Below are positions 47,281-57,982 of a stretch of DNA of 64,000 bases, piece by piece. The DNA lies in the IMG/VR virus record IMGVR_UViG_3300031977_002889. One strand, 5' to 3'. Below the pieces are notes generated by a model. That model was not told the DNA's origin, made no database searches, and saw nothing but the letters and a program-made list of their open reading frames with translations. The stretch's first letter is position 1; the number at the start of each line of letters is the position of its first letter. A program made the translations under genes and the position numbers. This DNA is from a virus.

Positions 47281-49230
47281 TTACACTGTGCCTACGACTT
47301 CTTCGAAGTCAACACCAGTTCTCACAGCTACGAAGTTTAGAGTGACATAGTTGATAGAACGTGCTGGCTTGATGAAGATGTTTGCAATGAATTCATTACG
47401 ATCGATTACTGCAGCTGTGTTGTTGGTTTCGTCAGCAACTACACGGAAATCAGTAATACCTCTTCGGCCTTTTACTTCTCTCAACACTGGTTCGATGATG
47501 TTCACAAATTCTGCTCTTGTAAATTCGTCGTTGAATTCAAACAGAACTTGCTCAGCCGCTCTTGCAATTGCTCTTTCAAGAACAAGGAAGAGTCTGCGAA
47601 CGTTGATTCTATCGAACGCTGATGCTCTTGTGAGCATTGTCTTATCACCAAATAGCAGTGTTCCTTGGCCAGGAATATTTGCGATTGGGTTAACACTTGC
47701 TTTATAAAGAGTATCACGTTGACCTTTTGTTGGCGAATAAGAAATTGAAGTAATTCCTAGGTATCCACCTCTGCGTGAACCAGCAGGTGAGAACCATGGA
47801 GCTCTTTCAATATCTGTTTTTGCCATAAGACCAGCAGTTGAAGATGCCGCTGGAATATGAATATATTGATCATTAAACTTATCATAGACTTTAAGATAGT
47901 TATTATCCATTACGTGATAAGAAGATCTTTTGCTTAGCGCGTTTGCTGCAGCAACTGTATCTGTTACGATATTTGCTGTGTTTGTGATATTCACAACTTT
48001 ATCTCTTGGAGGAGAAGAAGTTACTACACAATCTTTACGAGCTTCAGCAGTAGCTACAAGGTCATTTACTGTGGTAGTCCAAGCATCGCCTGACAAACCA
48101 GGTGCAATTAAGAAATCAACTTCGACTTGATCTTTATCTTCAAAGAAATCATGTCCAGTTGAATATTCTGCGGCACCTAAAGCTGCTGAATTTGTCCCAT
48201 TGCTGAAAGTATGGGAAATAATGCCTGTTACAGCACTTGCAAAATCAGTGTTATCAGTATCTTGAATTACTTCACCAGCACCAGATGTTTTTTGATCTGA
48301 ATCCCATTGAGCCATATGAACATAAGATGATCTTTGATTAATCACATCTAAAGCGTAATTATTCGTACCATCTGCATTTGTAGCTCCTTTTACCTTTGAA
48401 AGGAAAGGATATGTTTCTAATACTGCTCCTTTTGTACCAGTAATTGTTCCTTTATCATCAACAACTACAACATGAATTTCATCATTCGCTGCTGTTCCAG
48501 GATTTCCTTCAACATATGATGATGTTGCTGGAGCGCCATCAAAATTGTCTTCATAATCCCAACCATCAAAATCTGCTCCTCTTGCACAAATAGAAACTGC
48601 TAAGCTATTTCCAAGTGCTCCTGGATATCTTGCGGCAAATGTAATGTTACCACCGATTCCAGCATCAGAATCAAGAAGTAAGTTGCCTGCACCATCACTG
48701 TCTGTACCTAATGCTTGAGTTTGAGTGATGTCACCAAGATTTGCGGCTTGTTCTTCCCAGTTATCAAAGTTTTTGATTAGAACTGTTTGATTTTGGTGAT
48801 TTGTTGATGCTTCTGCAATTCTCAAAGTATTTTGAGAATCTGAAGAATATTTTGTATTCGTTAATGTTAATGTGGTTCCACCTGTATTCAGGTCACCATC
48901 AATTACTTCTCCACCAGTTGTGAGGCTAGCCTTTGTGGTAGAGAATGCGTTAGTTGCGGCTGATGTTACAGCCCTTACCACTTGCATATTACTTGAATAT
49001 CTCAAGAAATAAGCTGCAGAGTGATAGTCGATGGTATTTGTCTCGTCAGGAGTTGCAAAGGTAGCTGCTAATTCTGTTTCATTAGCAATCTTTGTTCTCT
49101 TCTCGACAGGTCCCCATCTAAAATTTCCTACAATCGCGCCAGTAGTTGACTGTACGTTTGGAACGCCACCAGTCAGATCTATTTCTTTGACGACAACCGC
49201 TGGAGATTCGGAAGGTGCGCCTAATGCCAT
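47281..49230 (-). CDS. gp18: tail sheath protein
   Basis: SPAVVVKEID, PWFSPAG, FDRINVRRLF, FEFND. Confidence 0.97.
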   Translation of the reverse strand: MALGAPSESPAVVVKEIDLTGGVPNVQSTTGAIVGNFRWGPVEKRTKIANETELAATFATPDETNTIDYHSAAYFLRYSSNMQVVRAVTSAATNAFSTTKASLTTGGEVIDGDLNTGGTTLTLTNTKYSSDSQNTLRIAEASTNHQNQTVLIKNFDNWEEQAANLGDITQTQALGTDSDGAGNLLLDSDAGIGGNITFAARYPGALGNSLAVSICARGADFDGWDYEDNFDGAPATSSYVEGNPGTAANDEIHVVVVDDKGTITGTKGAVLETYPFLSKVKGATNADGTNNYALDVINQRSSYVHMAQWDSDQKTSGAGEVIQDTDNTDFASAVTGIISHTFSNGTNSAALGAAEYSTGHDFFEDKDQVEVDFLIAPGLSGDAWTTTVNDLVATAEARKDCVVTSSPPRDKVVNITNTANIVTDTVAAANALSKRSSYHVMDNNYLKVYDKFNDQYIHIPAASSTAGLMAKTDIERAPWFSPAGSRRGGYLGITSISYSPTKGQRDTLYKASVNPIANIPGQGTLLFGDKTMLTRASAFDRINVRRLFLVLERAIARAAEQVLFEFNDEFTRAEFVNIIEPVLREVKGRRGITDFRVVADETNNTAAVIDRNEFIANIFIKPARSINYVTLNFVAVRTGVDFEEVVGTV

Positions 49231-49291
49231 ATCTGTTCCTCTTCGGTTACTAATTATATGTTCTCATAATACGGTTATCTTCAATTACTAT

Positions 49292-49299
49292 TATTTATA
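49292..49299 (-). promoter_or_regulatory. late promoter
   Basis: TATAAATA. Confidence 0.7.
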
Positions 49300-49302
49300 T
49301 GT

Positions 49303-50901
49303 TTATAGATTTGGGTCATATTCAACGGCCCATTCGTTATCATTTTGATCTAGTGAGTTAGCGTATTGAGATCCATCATCATGGAATCCAAAAGGAACAA
49401 CATCGTCTTCTATTTCTTTCATTCTATTTTCAAATAATAATTGCTTTAAATTAATATCTGTCATATCAGCAAAATAAGTACCTGTTACAAAATATCCAAA
49501 TAAAACTAAGTTCATCATTAAGTCGTCGTGATTACCTTCGGATGCTTCGTACGATTGACCTTTAGCTTCAAATGTAGATATTTCAAGTATTGTATTTTCA
49601 TCTACGATTTGAACTTTTTGATTTTCTAATAAATCTTTTATTGCTGAACAACCAAGTCTTTTTGTTTTACGATTTATCTCTATTCCAAGAGCATTAGCTT
49701 TTACAGAAGATTCTACGTGCATATTTTCATATTCTAAATCATGATAAAGACCATTACAAACGACACCACCTTGGTCATTTGCTTCAATTACAACATATGC
49801 TTTGTTGTAGGAATTCGCATACTTATATATAATATTAGGGAAGAGTATTGGCGAGATAGTGTTATTGCGATACACAGCCACCTGTTTAAAAGGTCGAGCG
49901 CTAATATCGAGTAAATTAAAAGTAGAGTAGTCCTGTCCTCTTCCCTTCGAAACATCTACTGTCATTACATATTCGTGTTTCTTTATTGGTTCTTCATATA
50001 TAAGTAGATTCCCACCTTCCATAACTTTCTTTGGATTTTTAGCTCTAAGACTCATTAGTGTTTCGGCGTTAATAAGCGTATCACCCGTTCCAAAAAACGT
50101 ATTACCAAATTCCTGATCGAATTGGAGTTGAGATGTATTCGCAATCGTTTCTTGTTTCCATTTTTCGTCTCTTCCTGGGACGTCCCACCAATCCACTCTG
50201 AACGGAGAGAATTGATTAACGCCTTGTGTCGCTCCTTCCCATATTTTATAGAATGTATTGCCAATGCCATTCGCAGTTGACGTAACGATGATTTTTGTGT
50301 CTTTTCCTGAACTGACAACCGGGTAGGTGGACGTGTAGAATTCATTGGCTTTCTCCACAAATGCAAATTCATCTAAGTAGAGAAGGTTCACAGATAAACC
50401 CCGAATAGAAGATCCAGAAGTTGCTGCAGCTAAAATTCTTGAGTTGTTACTAAATTCAACACTTCCTTTATTCAATGCTTTAGTTCCAGGTTGTAAAAAG
50501 AATGGAATATTTTCAAGCATTAATGTAACTCTTGCTAACATTTCTCGAGCAGTTGCTCCTTTGTTAGCAAGAATCGCAACAGTTTTTTCTGAATTAAAAA
50601 GTGCAAACCATAAAAGATAAGCACAAGCTGATATAGATTTTCCTGACTGTCTACATGCTAAAACAATGTTGAATCTATTTTTACTAAAAGAATCAAACAT
50701 TTTCTTTTGATATGGGTATAAATCAAAAGGAACTAATCCTTTATCAAGAGAAATAACTTTACAATATCGCTGGGCAAAATACACAGGGTCTTTCATACAC
50801 CTTGAATACTCTTTTACCTCTTCTGCGGTCCATGATTGAACAACGCCATCGCGTTTTACGTTGTTATTACCTAGGTAACTCTGTATTTGGTTCAGCATCA
50901 A
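49303..50901 (-). CDS. gp17: terminase large subunit
   Basis: RQSGKS, LDEFAF, STANG, HDDL. Confidence 0.97.
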   Translation of the reverse strand: MMLNQIQSYLGNNNVKRDGVVQSWTAEEVKEYSRCMKDPVYFAQRYCKVISLDKGLVPFDLYPYQKKMFDSFSKNRFNIVLACRQSGKSISACAYLLWFALFNSEKTVAILANKGATAREMLARVTLMLENIPFFLQPGTKALNKGSVEFSNNSRILAAATSGSSIRGLSVNLLYLDEFAFVEKANEFYTSTYPVVSSGKDTKIIVTSTANGIGNTFYKIWEGATQGVNQFSPFRVDWWDVPGRDEKWKQETIANTSQLQFDQEFGNTFFGTGDTLINAETLMSLRAKNPKKVMEGGNLLIYEEPIKKHEYVMTVDVSKGRGQDYSTFNLLDISARPFKQVAVYRNNTISPILFPNIIYKYANSYNKAYVVIEANDQGGVVCNGLYHDLEYENMHVESSVKANALGIEINRKTKRLGCSAIKDLLENQKVQIVDENTILEISTFEAKGQSYEASEGNHDDLMMNLVLFGYFVTGTYFADMTDINLKQLLFENRMKEIEDDVVPFGFHDDGSQYANSLDQNDNEWAVEYDPNL

Positions 50902-51214
50902 TTATTTTCTCTTCATCTTGTAATAACCTCTGTAAATCAGCAGTAGATCCAAGGAAAACATTATTATTTGTTATCTGTTTTACTTCCTCTTTATCTTCTT
51001 TACTAATATCTTTATTTTTTATATTTAAATCCATTAACTTATCGTTAACGTCTGCAAGGTTTTTTACCATATTAGATAAAACTTCAAATGCTCGAGGATG
51101 CTCTGATTCGCGAGCAACTTCAATCATGAGATCAAGAGATTGTTTTCCTTTTTCTAAAAGTTCATAATAAGTGTCTCTTGAATAATCATAATCATTTCTA
51201 ACTTTTTCATTCAT
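50867..51214 (-). CDS. gp16: terminase small subunit
   Basis: DYDYSR, SEHPRAFEV, GSTADLQ. Confidence 0.92.
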   Translation of the reverse strand: MNEKVRNDYDYSRDTYYELLEKGKQSLDLMIEVARESEHPRAFEVLSNMVKNLADVNDKLMDLNIKNKDISKEDKEEVKQITNNNVFLGSTADLQRLLQDEEKIIDAEPNTELPR

Positions 51215-51623
51215 CTAATTTTACCAACTCTCTATTTTTGAGATGTTCGGCCTCCACCATATGTTTTGCTTGACCATAATAATACACAGCATGATGTTTC
51301 TCAATGAGGTAATCGTTTAAAGATTGATCTGCAAAACTACTTGTTCTCCAAATTTCTCCAAGTATTCGACCGAATTTACCTTTAGCATCATACTCTTTTG
51401 TTTTAAGGATTAACCATTCGTCATCAGTAAATCTTTCAACATAATGTTTTGCAGCTAATCCATACTTTTTTTCTACTTTATCACTTGTTCTTGATTCAGG
51501 AGTATCAATTCCAGACAATCTTACTCTTTCATCTTTTAGCCATACACCAAAACCTAAATCAATATCAACGTCGATTGTATCACCATCGACTACTTTTCTT
51601 AGCTTACATCTATATTCATACAT
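51207..51623 (-). CDS. staphylococcal nuclease (thermonuclease)-like protein
   Basis: VVDGDT, RLSGIDTPE, GKFGRILG. Confidence 0.9.
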   Translation of the reverse strand: MYEYRCKLRKVVDGDTIDVDIDLGFGVWLKDERVRLSGIDTPESRTSDKVEKKYGLAAKHYVERFTDDEWLILKTKEYDAKGKFGRILGEIWRTSSFADQSLNDYLIEKHHAVYYYGQAKHMVEAEHLKNRELVKLDE

Positions 51624-52411
51624 TATGGAGCACTATCCAAATAAGTTGTTGTAAATCCAAAATCACTATCTGCTAATCCAATTGCTGAGAGAGGATCTGG
51701 GTTAATTCTTAAAGTTTCTATATATTGATCACTATCTTGTAAACCTGTTTCCATATTAAAGAGTTGAGCATCTGCTTGACGTATAACACTTTTAGTTGCA
51801 ATAGGTCCATAGAAATTTACTTTCATTTCAAAATCTAAAGTATATATGATTGTACGACGAGCTTCTTGTGGTCCTTCAAAATCATCAGTAAATGATACAC
51901 CTTGAATGATAATTGGAACATCTTCTTTAAATGTGGGATATTCTGTTTTAAAAGGAAATATCGAAAGAGTATATTGTGGATTAAATGTAGGAAGAATTTG
52001 TTCTACAATTTGTAAAGCGTCATCTTGTGTCTTAGAATAGATATTTAGTTGAAAATTAATACTATATGGGACTGGATTATTAAATTTTTGTCTATTTAAA
52101 CTAGAAGATCCTGTTGTATTAAAATTACCAACTTTTGCAAGTTGTCTTGTATTATCATATGCAAATGAAATAATTTCGAAAGACATGCGAGGTAATTTAA
52201 TTGCTATTGTATTAGCTTTTTGTAAATCAGGTACTTCACGAATTCTTTCTAAATATTTATTTTTAGGTGCATAAGATAATGGTACTTTTATTTGGCTTGT
52301 GGATCCACCATCAGTTTGATTTCTACGTACAACATAAAGGTTATTAAACAATGTTCCAAACACTGCAACCGATTTACGTATTCTTTCATGATAGAAATGA
52401 GAACCAAACAT
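51623..52411 (-). CDS. gp15: tail sheath stabilizer / terminator
   Basis: FGTLFN, LPRMSFE, QIVEQILPTFNP. Confidence 0.93.
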   Translation of the reverse strand: MFGSHFYHERIRKSVAVFGTLFNNLYVVRRNQTDGGSTSQIKVPLSYAPKNKYLERIREVPDLQKANTIAIKLPRMSFEIISFAYDNTRQLAKVGNFNTTGSSSLNRQKFNNPVPYSINFQLNIYSKTQDDALQIVEQILPTFNPQYTLSIFPFKTEYPTFKEDVPIIIQGVSFTDDFEGPQEARRTIIYTLDFEMKVNFYGPIATKSVIRQADAQLFNMETGLQDSDQYIETLRINPDPLSAIGLADSDFGFTTTYLDSAP

Positions 52412-52704
52412 TATTTCATTAACCTTTTCATTGCTGCTAGTGCCTTTTTACCGTCAGGGTGGTTTGGATTAATACTTACTGGTTCGCCATTCACAAGTTC
52501 AGATACATTAACCGATTTACGTAAAGCTGCAATTGCTTTGTGTAAAGGATCTCTTGAATCATATCTTGTTTCAAATCCCGGCTTACCACGAACCTCGACC
52601 CATTTAGAATCACCTTTGTTCCACATTTTAAGCACATCTTGTGACTTACCACGGATAAGCTTTAACTTAATACCTTCCGAAATATATGTTTTAAAACCAA
52701 TCAC
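52411..52704 (-). CDS. hypothetical protein (possible head-internal protein)
   Basis: N-terminal FKTYISE resembles the T4-like capsid-targeting sequence. Confidence 0.5.
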   Translation of the reverse strand: MIGFKTYISEGIKLKLIRGKSQDVLKMWNKGDSKWVEVRGKPGFETRYDSRDPLHKAIAALRKSVNVSELVNGEPVSINPNHPDGKKALAAMKRLMK

Positions 52705-52706
52705 AG

Positions 52707-52997
52707 TTAACCTTTATAAATTTTCTGTAGATGCGTTTCGAATTGTTCCACTTTCGTTAATCTATCAGGCCAAAGAATATACTCTTTCTCTGGATTCTTT
52801 TTTAGATTGTTCAAAAGAGGAACAATAGCATTATATAATCTATCTAATTTATCTTGATAGCCAGCAGAAGCAAGTTTAGCATCTTCAGCTACTTGTTGTG
52901 TTTTTTGTACAGCTTGTAATTCTTCTTCATCAACAGCTGTAAATCCAAAATCAAAAATATCATCCGTCATTAGGATCTCCAAATGGGTTGTCTTCAC
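52707..52997 (-). CDS. conserved hypothetical protein
   Basis: FDFGFTAVDE, PLLNNL..NPEKEYILWP. Confidence 0.65.
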   Translation of the reverse strand: MKTTHLEILMTDDIFDFGFTAVDEEELQAVQKTQQVAEDAKLASAGYQDKLDRLYNAIVPLLNNLKKNPEKEYILWPDRLTKVEQFETHLQKIYKG

Positions 52998-53844
52998 TAA
53001 AATCTAAGAAATCACCAGCAAAGTCTTCGAAGTTATTATTTTGTTCATTAGCAGATTGTTTTATATCTTCAGTTACACTATTTACAGTATGAGTTGTATT
53101 TGGTTCAACGAGACGTGTTATAGTTCCAGGTACCCATTCATGGAAATTGCCATCATCGGCACCCGTATGAACAATATGAAGTTGTAATGTACTTGATTGC
53201 CATAGAGATACTTCACCTCGTATTGTAGTCGTAGCAAGTTGTTGTTCTATATTATCGCCTACAACAAATGTAGCTGATGCTTCTGACGCTGCTAAAGTTA
53301 AAATATATGTAAACGCAACAATTTTTTCACCTTCATCAATTTCTGTAAGACCCGTATCATAATCTTCATCACTATATTCTGCAAGCTGAACTCTTAATTT
53401 AAATACTGGTAAATTACTTAATTGATAAAAAGGTTGTTCATGTTCAACATGTGTAATTTGAAATAACTTATGACTTAAAGGTAAATAAATCATATCACCT
53501 TCAAGCGGTCTTACTGAAGATACAGTTTCATCTAAACGTTGCACCTGTTGTATCCATCTTCGCCGTGATACAATTAACGTAGCTTCGTCTCTTATTTCAA
53601 CGCCAAATCGTGTAAAAAGATCACCTTCTCCATCAAATCCTTCAGTGTTCTCAATATACATTTCAATTTTATGTGCAGAACCAAAACGAGCTGGTACTTC
53701 ATCACCAAGTATTTTATCTTCTCCAATTAAAGTCCGAGGCAAATAGTAGACATCTTGACCATACATTTTTAATGACTCTATGATAATATCTTCATAGAGA
53801 TTTTGTTCTGATCTTACTGTATCGGAGAAATAAAAATTGCGCAT
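52960..53844 (-). CDS. gp14: neck protein
   Basis: YGQDVYYLPR, EHEQPFYQL, DFSEDNPFG. Confidence 0.92.
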   Translation of the reverse strand: MRNFYFSDTVRSEQNLYEDIIIESLKMYGQDVYYLPRTLIGEDKILGDEVPARFGSAHKIEMYIENTEGFDGEGDLFTRFGVEIRDEATLIVSRRRWIQQVQRLDETVSSVRPLEGDMIYLPLSHKLFQITHVEHEQPFYQLSNLPVFKLRVQLAEYSDEDYDTGLTEIDEGEKIVAFTYILTLAASEASATFVVGDNIEQQLATTTIRGEVSLWQSSTLQLHIVHTGADDGNFHEWVPGTITRLVEPNTTHTVNSVTEDIKQSANEQNNNFEDFAGDFLDFSEDNPFGDPNDG

Positions 53845-53845
53845 A

Positions 53846-54601
53846 TTAACCTACAAAGAAATCAGCTGGCATTTCATGCTCTAACCTAATTCTTTCCCTT
53901 AATGATTCTATTTCTTGTCTAGCATCATCAAATAATTGTCTACCATTAATAGTCACTCCACCTGGTAATTGCATACCTTCAAATTTAATAAGATTCATAC
54001 CCCATTGTTCTTTAATTAAAGCAGTAGTATAATCTTTAAGCCACATATCATTATATACGGAAGTATATGTATTTGGATCTACAATTTGATATGATTCTGC
54101 AATAAGATAATCATCCTCTTTAATATCATTATCTTGAAAATCTCCATGAATATAAAGTCGCCCTTGTCTACGCGAAAAAGTTGTCTGAGGTGTACCATTC
54201 AATGTCATATCTAAAACAGAAAGATATTGCTGTAATTGTTCATAATAAGCAAGATCACCCGCAAAGTTTTGCATATCAGCAATATCATTTAACATCATCT
54301 GATATTTAATATCAAAGAAATTATGCGAATAGCTAAATGAACTTGCTAATGGAAATAATCGTGATACAAATATAATGTCTGATGAAATTGGAATATACTC
54401 ATTCACAATGTCAGCAGCAGTTACTTGATGTTTAAAATATGTTTTTACAGTTGCGTCAGAATGAAACTCTTGATAATATTGTAAAGCTTCGTCTACGCGA
54501 TCTTCTACCTGATCATCATCGACGTTGATCTCAAGCACAGGATCACCTAACCGTCTTTTACAATATTCTATGAGTTCTTCTCTTGTAGATGGTGTAGCCA
54601 T
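53846..54601 (-). CDS. gp13: neck protein
   Basis: LGDPVLEINV, QWGMNL.KF, LPGGVTING. Confidence 0.94.
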   Translation of the reverse strand: MATPSTREELIEYCKRRLGDPVLEINVDDDQVEDRVDEALQYYQEFHSDATVKTYFKHQVTAADIVNEYIPISSDIIFVSRLFPLASSFSYSHNFFDIKYQMMLNDIADMQNFAGDLAYYEQLQQYLSVLDMTLNGTPQTTFSRRQGRLYIHGDFQDNDIKEDDYLIAESYQIVDPNTYTSVYNDMWLKDYTTALIKEQWGMNLIKFEGMQLPGGVTINGRQLFDDARQEIESLRERIRLEHEMPADFFVG

Positions 54602-54628
54602 AGAGATCTCCGTTTAAATTATCTATGA

Positions 54629-57600
54629 CTATTTATATAAATTTTTTCTTATAAAATGATAATCCGCATCTGGTCCATAATCAACTATTTGTTCTACAAA
54701 TCTAAATCCAATTTCATCGAGATAATTAAAAGTTTCTTCTTTGAGAGGAGCTCCTTCATTGTATTCTTTCGATTGAGCTTCAATAATAAGATGTGTTACG
54801 CTTTTTAAAGTTTTATGTGCACCCTTTAAAATTTCTTTTTCTGCTCCTTGTACATCGATTTTAATCATATCCGGAAAAGGAAAATCATTTAATTCTACTA
54901 ATTCATCTAAACTAATAGTTCCCATCTCTCTATGATCATTATATAGTTCTTTATTATTTTTTTCAATATACATACTTCCTCCAGCAGGATGACTAACATT
55001 TGTATAAAAAGTTTTTATATTTTTGTCATCACTTAGCAAAGCAATTGCATATTCAGTTCCATGATATTCATATACATCTTTATATTCTTCAAGAGCATCA
55101 AAGGCAATAAATCGACAACCAGGCCAAATTGGTCGCGCAACACTAGTCCAATGTAAACAACTTGCTCCGATATCATAAATTATTCGAGGTTCAAAATTCC
55201 ATCTATTTTTTAAATCATTTAAATAAATTTTATGATATGGAGGCAATAAGTCTTGTTTTGACATTTCAATCAAATCATAATTAATTTCTCTTGCGTCAGG
55301 ACTTTCTTCATCAGCTTTATAATTGATTTGAGGTTTAAACTCATAATTTCCTTTATGTCCACAAATTAATGTAGTATCAACCCATACTTCAAATCCATGT
55401 TCTTTTGCTCTATCACAAAAATAAACATCTTCAGAGTAAGTAAACTTATGATCTAATGCAGATTTATATTTAAAATGTGGATAAGGTATTTCATTAAATA
55501 CCTTACCTTTAATCAGAACACAACCGAATCCACAACCCTTTACTTGCATTAATCCATGTTTTAATTGATCACTCGGTATATTTCCATTTTCGTCATACAA
55601 TTCTAAGATTTGTTCATCGTGTTTTCTTTGCATATAAACAGCAGAAATAATATCTTTGTCAGCTTCATATAATTTAATAAGAGCATCTTGCGGTAAAATC
55701 ATATCACTATCTACGCAAAAGACGTAATCATAATTTTTTCCCCACTCTGCAATTAGATTACGTATTTGATCAATTTGATAGCCATAGAAAAATTCAAAAT
55801 GAGTCATAATCCTACTTGGTAGATCTAAATTATAAATCGATTTAAATGTTTCTGGTTCAATACCTTTATTAGTAGGAACTGCAATTAAAATCTTTTTCAT
55901 TTCTTTTTCTTCTCTATTTTGATATGATGTATAAGCATTTTCATTTTGATCCACTGGATTTACTTTAAAGTCATTAAGCGGATTTACATCATTATAAAAA
56001 CACATTATTTCTTTTACAGCTTTTATTTTTTCAGGAGATACTTTTTCTATTAATTCATAAAATAATGGATTATCTGCTCCGCTTTTCATATATCCATGAC
56101 CAGACTCTCCAGGTTTTTGAAAGACTATATTCTTTAATTCTTTATAATGTTTTCCTAAAACCGTTCTCAGATGTGTATAAGGAATTTTCCAATTAAATAA
56201 ATGCCTTCGATATGATTTTTCTTCTTTTACTTTTTGTGGATAATCTTGAGCAATTAATGGAATATTATCAACCATACTCCACATTGATCCATATGTAAAT
56301 TCGATTCCTTCATGATATAATTGATTATAATATTTAAAAATAGTAGGATTATGTACTAAAAAATCATCTCCATCTAAAAGCATGACAATATCATCATCTT
56401 TAATTTGATCTTTTACTGAAAGCTGATTAAATACACATCCTTCTCTTTCATTATTTCGAGTAATTTTTCTTTTTATATTTTCAGGAGTACCAACTATATT
56501 TGTAGAATTATCATCAATGAGAAGATGCACATAATTATCATAATCTTGTTGATCAATAGATAAACAATGATCGTAGATATAATCATCAGCATTTCTAAAT
56601 GGTGAGACTACTACAATTCTTTTTTCAGAATAAGTTGTTCTATATTCTGTTCTTTCAACACCATTTTCAAATCTTCTTCCATAGATTCTTTTCACTTTAT
56701 CATTTATAACTGAAACTTTTCTATAATCATCTACTGGTAAATATTTTTTTAATTTTCTATAGAGATGTTGTTTCCATTGTAAAGCGACTGTATCCCATCC
56801 ATATATGTCATCAATTACATCACAATAATTTTGTTTTTGTTGTAACAAATAATCATTGTGATATGCTTGTATTGTCATATCAATAAATGATTTAGCTTGT
56901 TCTTGTCTATTAATTTTTGGAAACAAGCCATTTGGGCAATTAGCATAATTTTGTTTATAGCATGCCAGATCGAGTGCTGTTTCTTCGAGAGCACCAAATC
57001 GAGAAGTAATAAGAGGAGTTTTATATAATAAAGATTCTAATGCTGAAATGCCAAATGTTTCTGGAAATTCAGTTGGATACAACATAAATCCAGCATTAGC
57101 TAATATTTTTGCTATTTCTTTTTGAGGTATAACTCCAGTAAAAGTTACATCTAATTCTTTTGGGTATGTTTCTACATATCTACGATGATCTTTTTCTTGT
57201 GCATCAGGCTCAGCGCCTTCTCTAAATCTATAGAATCCACCAATAACAGTAAGATGTGCATTAGGTATTTGACGTTTTACTTCTGGCCAAATATCTTGTA
57301 ATAAAGGATTTAATCCTTTTGTTACTGAAGCATTATAAACAAAATGGTTTTTATCTTTTTTACTTAAATCAATTTCATCAATATATTTTACTGCACCATT
57401 TCGTGTTTGAAACACTTTATGTTTCATAACTTCAAAATTTCTTTTTCCACCATGATCACAATTTAAAACATATGTACTATGAAAATCTGATAAAGTAAAT
57501 AACTCATCAATTATACCTTGATTGAGCATATTTTCAATATGTTCATCACCTTCACAAAAAGTATCATGCATCCAAATAATTTTGTATTTAGATTTTTTTA

Positions 57601-57964
57601 TTAAAGGTTGATATTGATTATTAGGAAAAAAAGGATGTACAGATCGAGAAGAAATTACAATATCAAAACAATTACACTCTTCGCCACAATCTTCATCTTC
57701 ATACTGAGAATGATCAATATATTCAGGAATCGAAGAGGTATCAATTCCATGTGTTTCATATTTAAGACCATTTAAATAAAATCCAGGTTCAGCTTCAGAA
57801 TCTATACAATTATTGAATACTGTAACATCAAATCCTACACCAGATAGTTGTTCAGCCATTAATATCACAGCAGATTCAGATCCGCCTAAACCGCGTTTTT
57901 TTAATGTAGATCCATCATAAGTTAAACCTAAAAGGTCTATAATAGCAATTTTCAATTTTGTCAT
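54629..57964 (-). CDS. multidomain glycosyltransferase: GT4-like + GT2 + GT-A + FkbM methyltransferase
   Basis: GGSE...ETFGISALE; DDNS/LDGDD; VDSD...GFGC...SED; DIGA...KIDVQGAE. Confidence 0.88.
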   Translation of the reverse strand: MTKLKIAIIDLLGLTYDGSTLKKRGLGGSESAVILMAEQLSGVGFDVTVFNNCIDSEAEPGFYLNGLKYETHGIDTSSIPEYIDHSQYEDEDCGEECNCFDIVISSRSVHPFFPNNQYQPLIKKSKYKIIWMHDTFCEGDEHIENMLNQGIIDELFTLSDFHSTYVLNCDHGGKRNFEVMKHKVFQTRNGAVKYIDEIDLSKKDKNHFVYNASVTKGLNPLLQDIWPEVKRQIPNAHLTVIGGFYRFREGAEPDAQEKDHRRYVETYPKELDVTFTGVIPQKEIAKILANAGFMLYPTEFPETFGISALESLLYKTPLITSRFGALEETALDLACYKQNYANCPNGLFPKINRQEQAKSFIDMTIQAYHNDYLLQQKQNYCDVIDDIYGWDTVALQWKQHLYRKLKKYLPVDDYRKVSVINDKVKRIYGRRFENGVERTEYRTTYSEKRIVVVSPFRNADDYIYDHCLSIDQQDYDNYVHLLIDDNSTNIVGTPENIKRKITRNNEREGCVFNQLSVKDQIKDDDIVMLLDGDDFLVHNPTIFKYYNQLYHEGIEFTYGSMWSMVDNIPLIAQDYPQKVKEEKSYRRHLFNWKIPYTHLRTVLGKHYKELKNIVFQKPGESGHGYMKSGADNPLFYELIEKVSPEKIKAVKEIMCFYNDVNPLNDFKVNPVDQNENAYTSYQNREEKEMKKILIAVPTNKGIEPETFKSIYNLDLPSRIMTHFEFFYGYQIDQIRNLIAEWGKNYDYVFCVDSDMILPQDALIKLYEADKDIISAVYMQRKHDEQILELYDENGNIPSDQLKHGLMQVKGCGFGCVLIKGKVFNEIPYPHFKYKSALDHKFTYSEDVYFCDRAKEHGFEVWVDTTLICGHKGNYEFKPQINYKADEESPDAREINYDLIEMSKQDLLPPYHKIYLNDLKNRWNFEPRIIYDIGASCLHWTSVARPIWPGCRFIAFDALEEYKDVYEYHGTEYAIALLSDDKNIKTFYTNVSHPAGGSMYIEKNNKELYNDHREMGTISLDELVELNDFPFPDMIKIDVQGAEKEILKGAHKTLKSVTHLIIEAQSKEYNEGAPLKEETFNYLDEIGFRFVEQIVDYGPDADYHFIRKNLYK
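54630..54637 (-). promoter_or_regulatory. late promoter
   Basis: TATAAATA before gp13. Confidence 0.65.
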
Positions 57965-57982
57965 AACAAATCTATATATAAA

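Noticed and set aside
27146-50901. Introns or inteins in gp43, gp46, uvsW, gp20, gp17
   Set aside because: All have normal lengths, continuous frames and no splicing motifs
52292-52828. 178-aa plus-strand ORF and the other short plus-strand ORFs
   Set aside because: Antisense to well-supported minus-strand genes; no promoter/RBS or recognisable motifs
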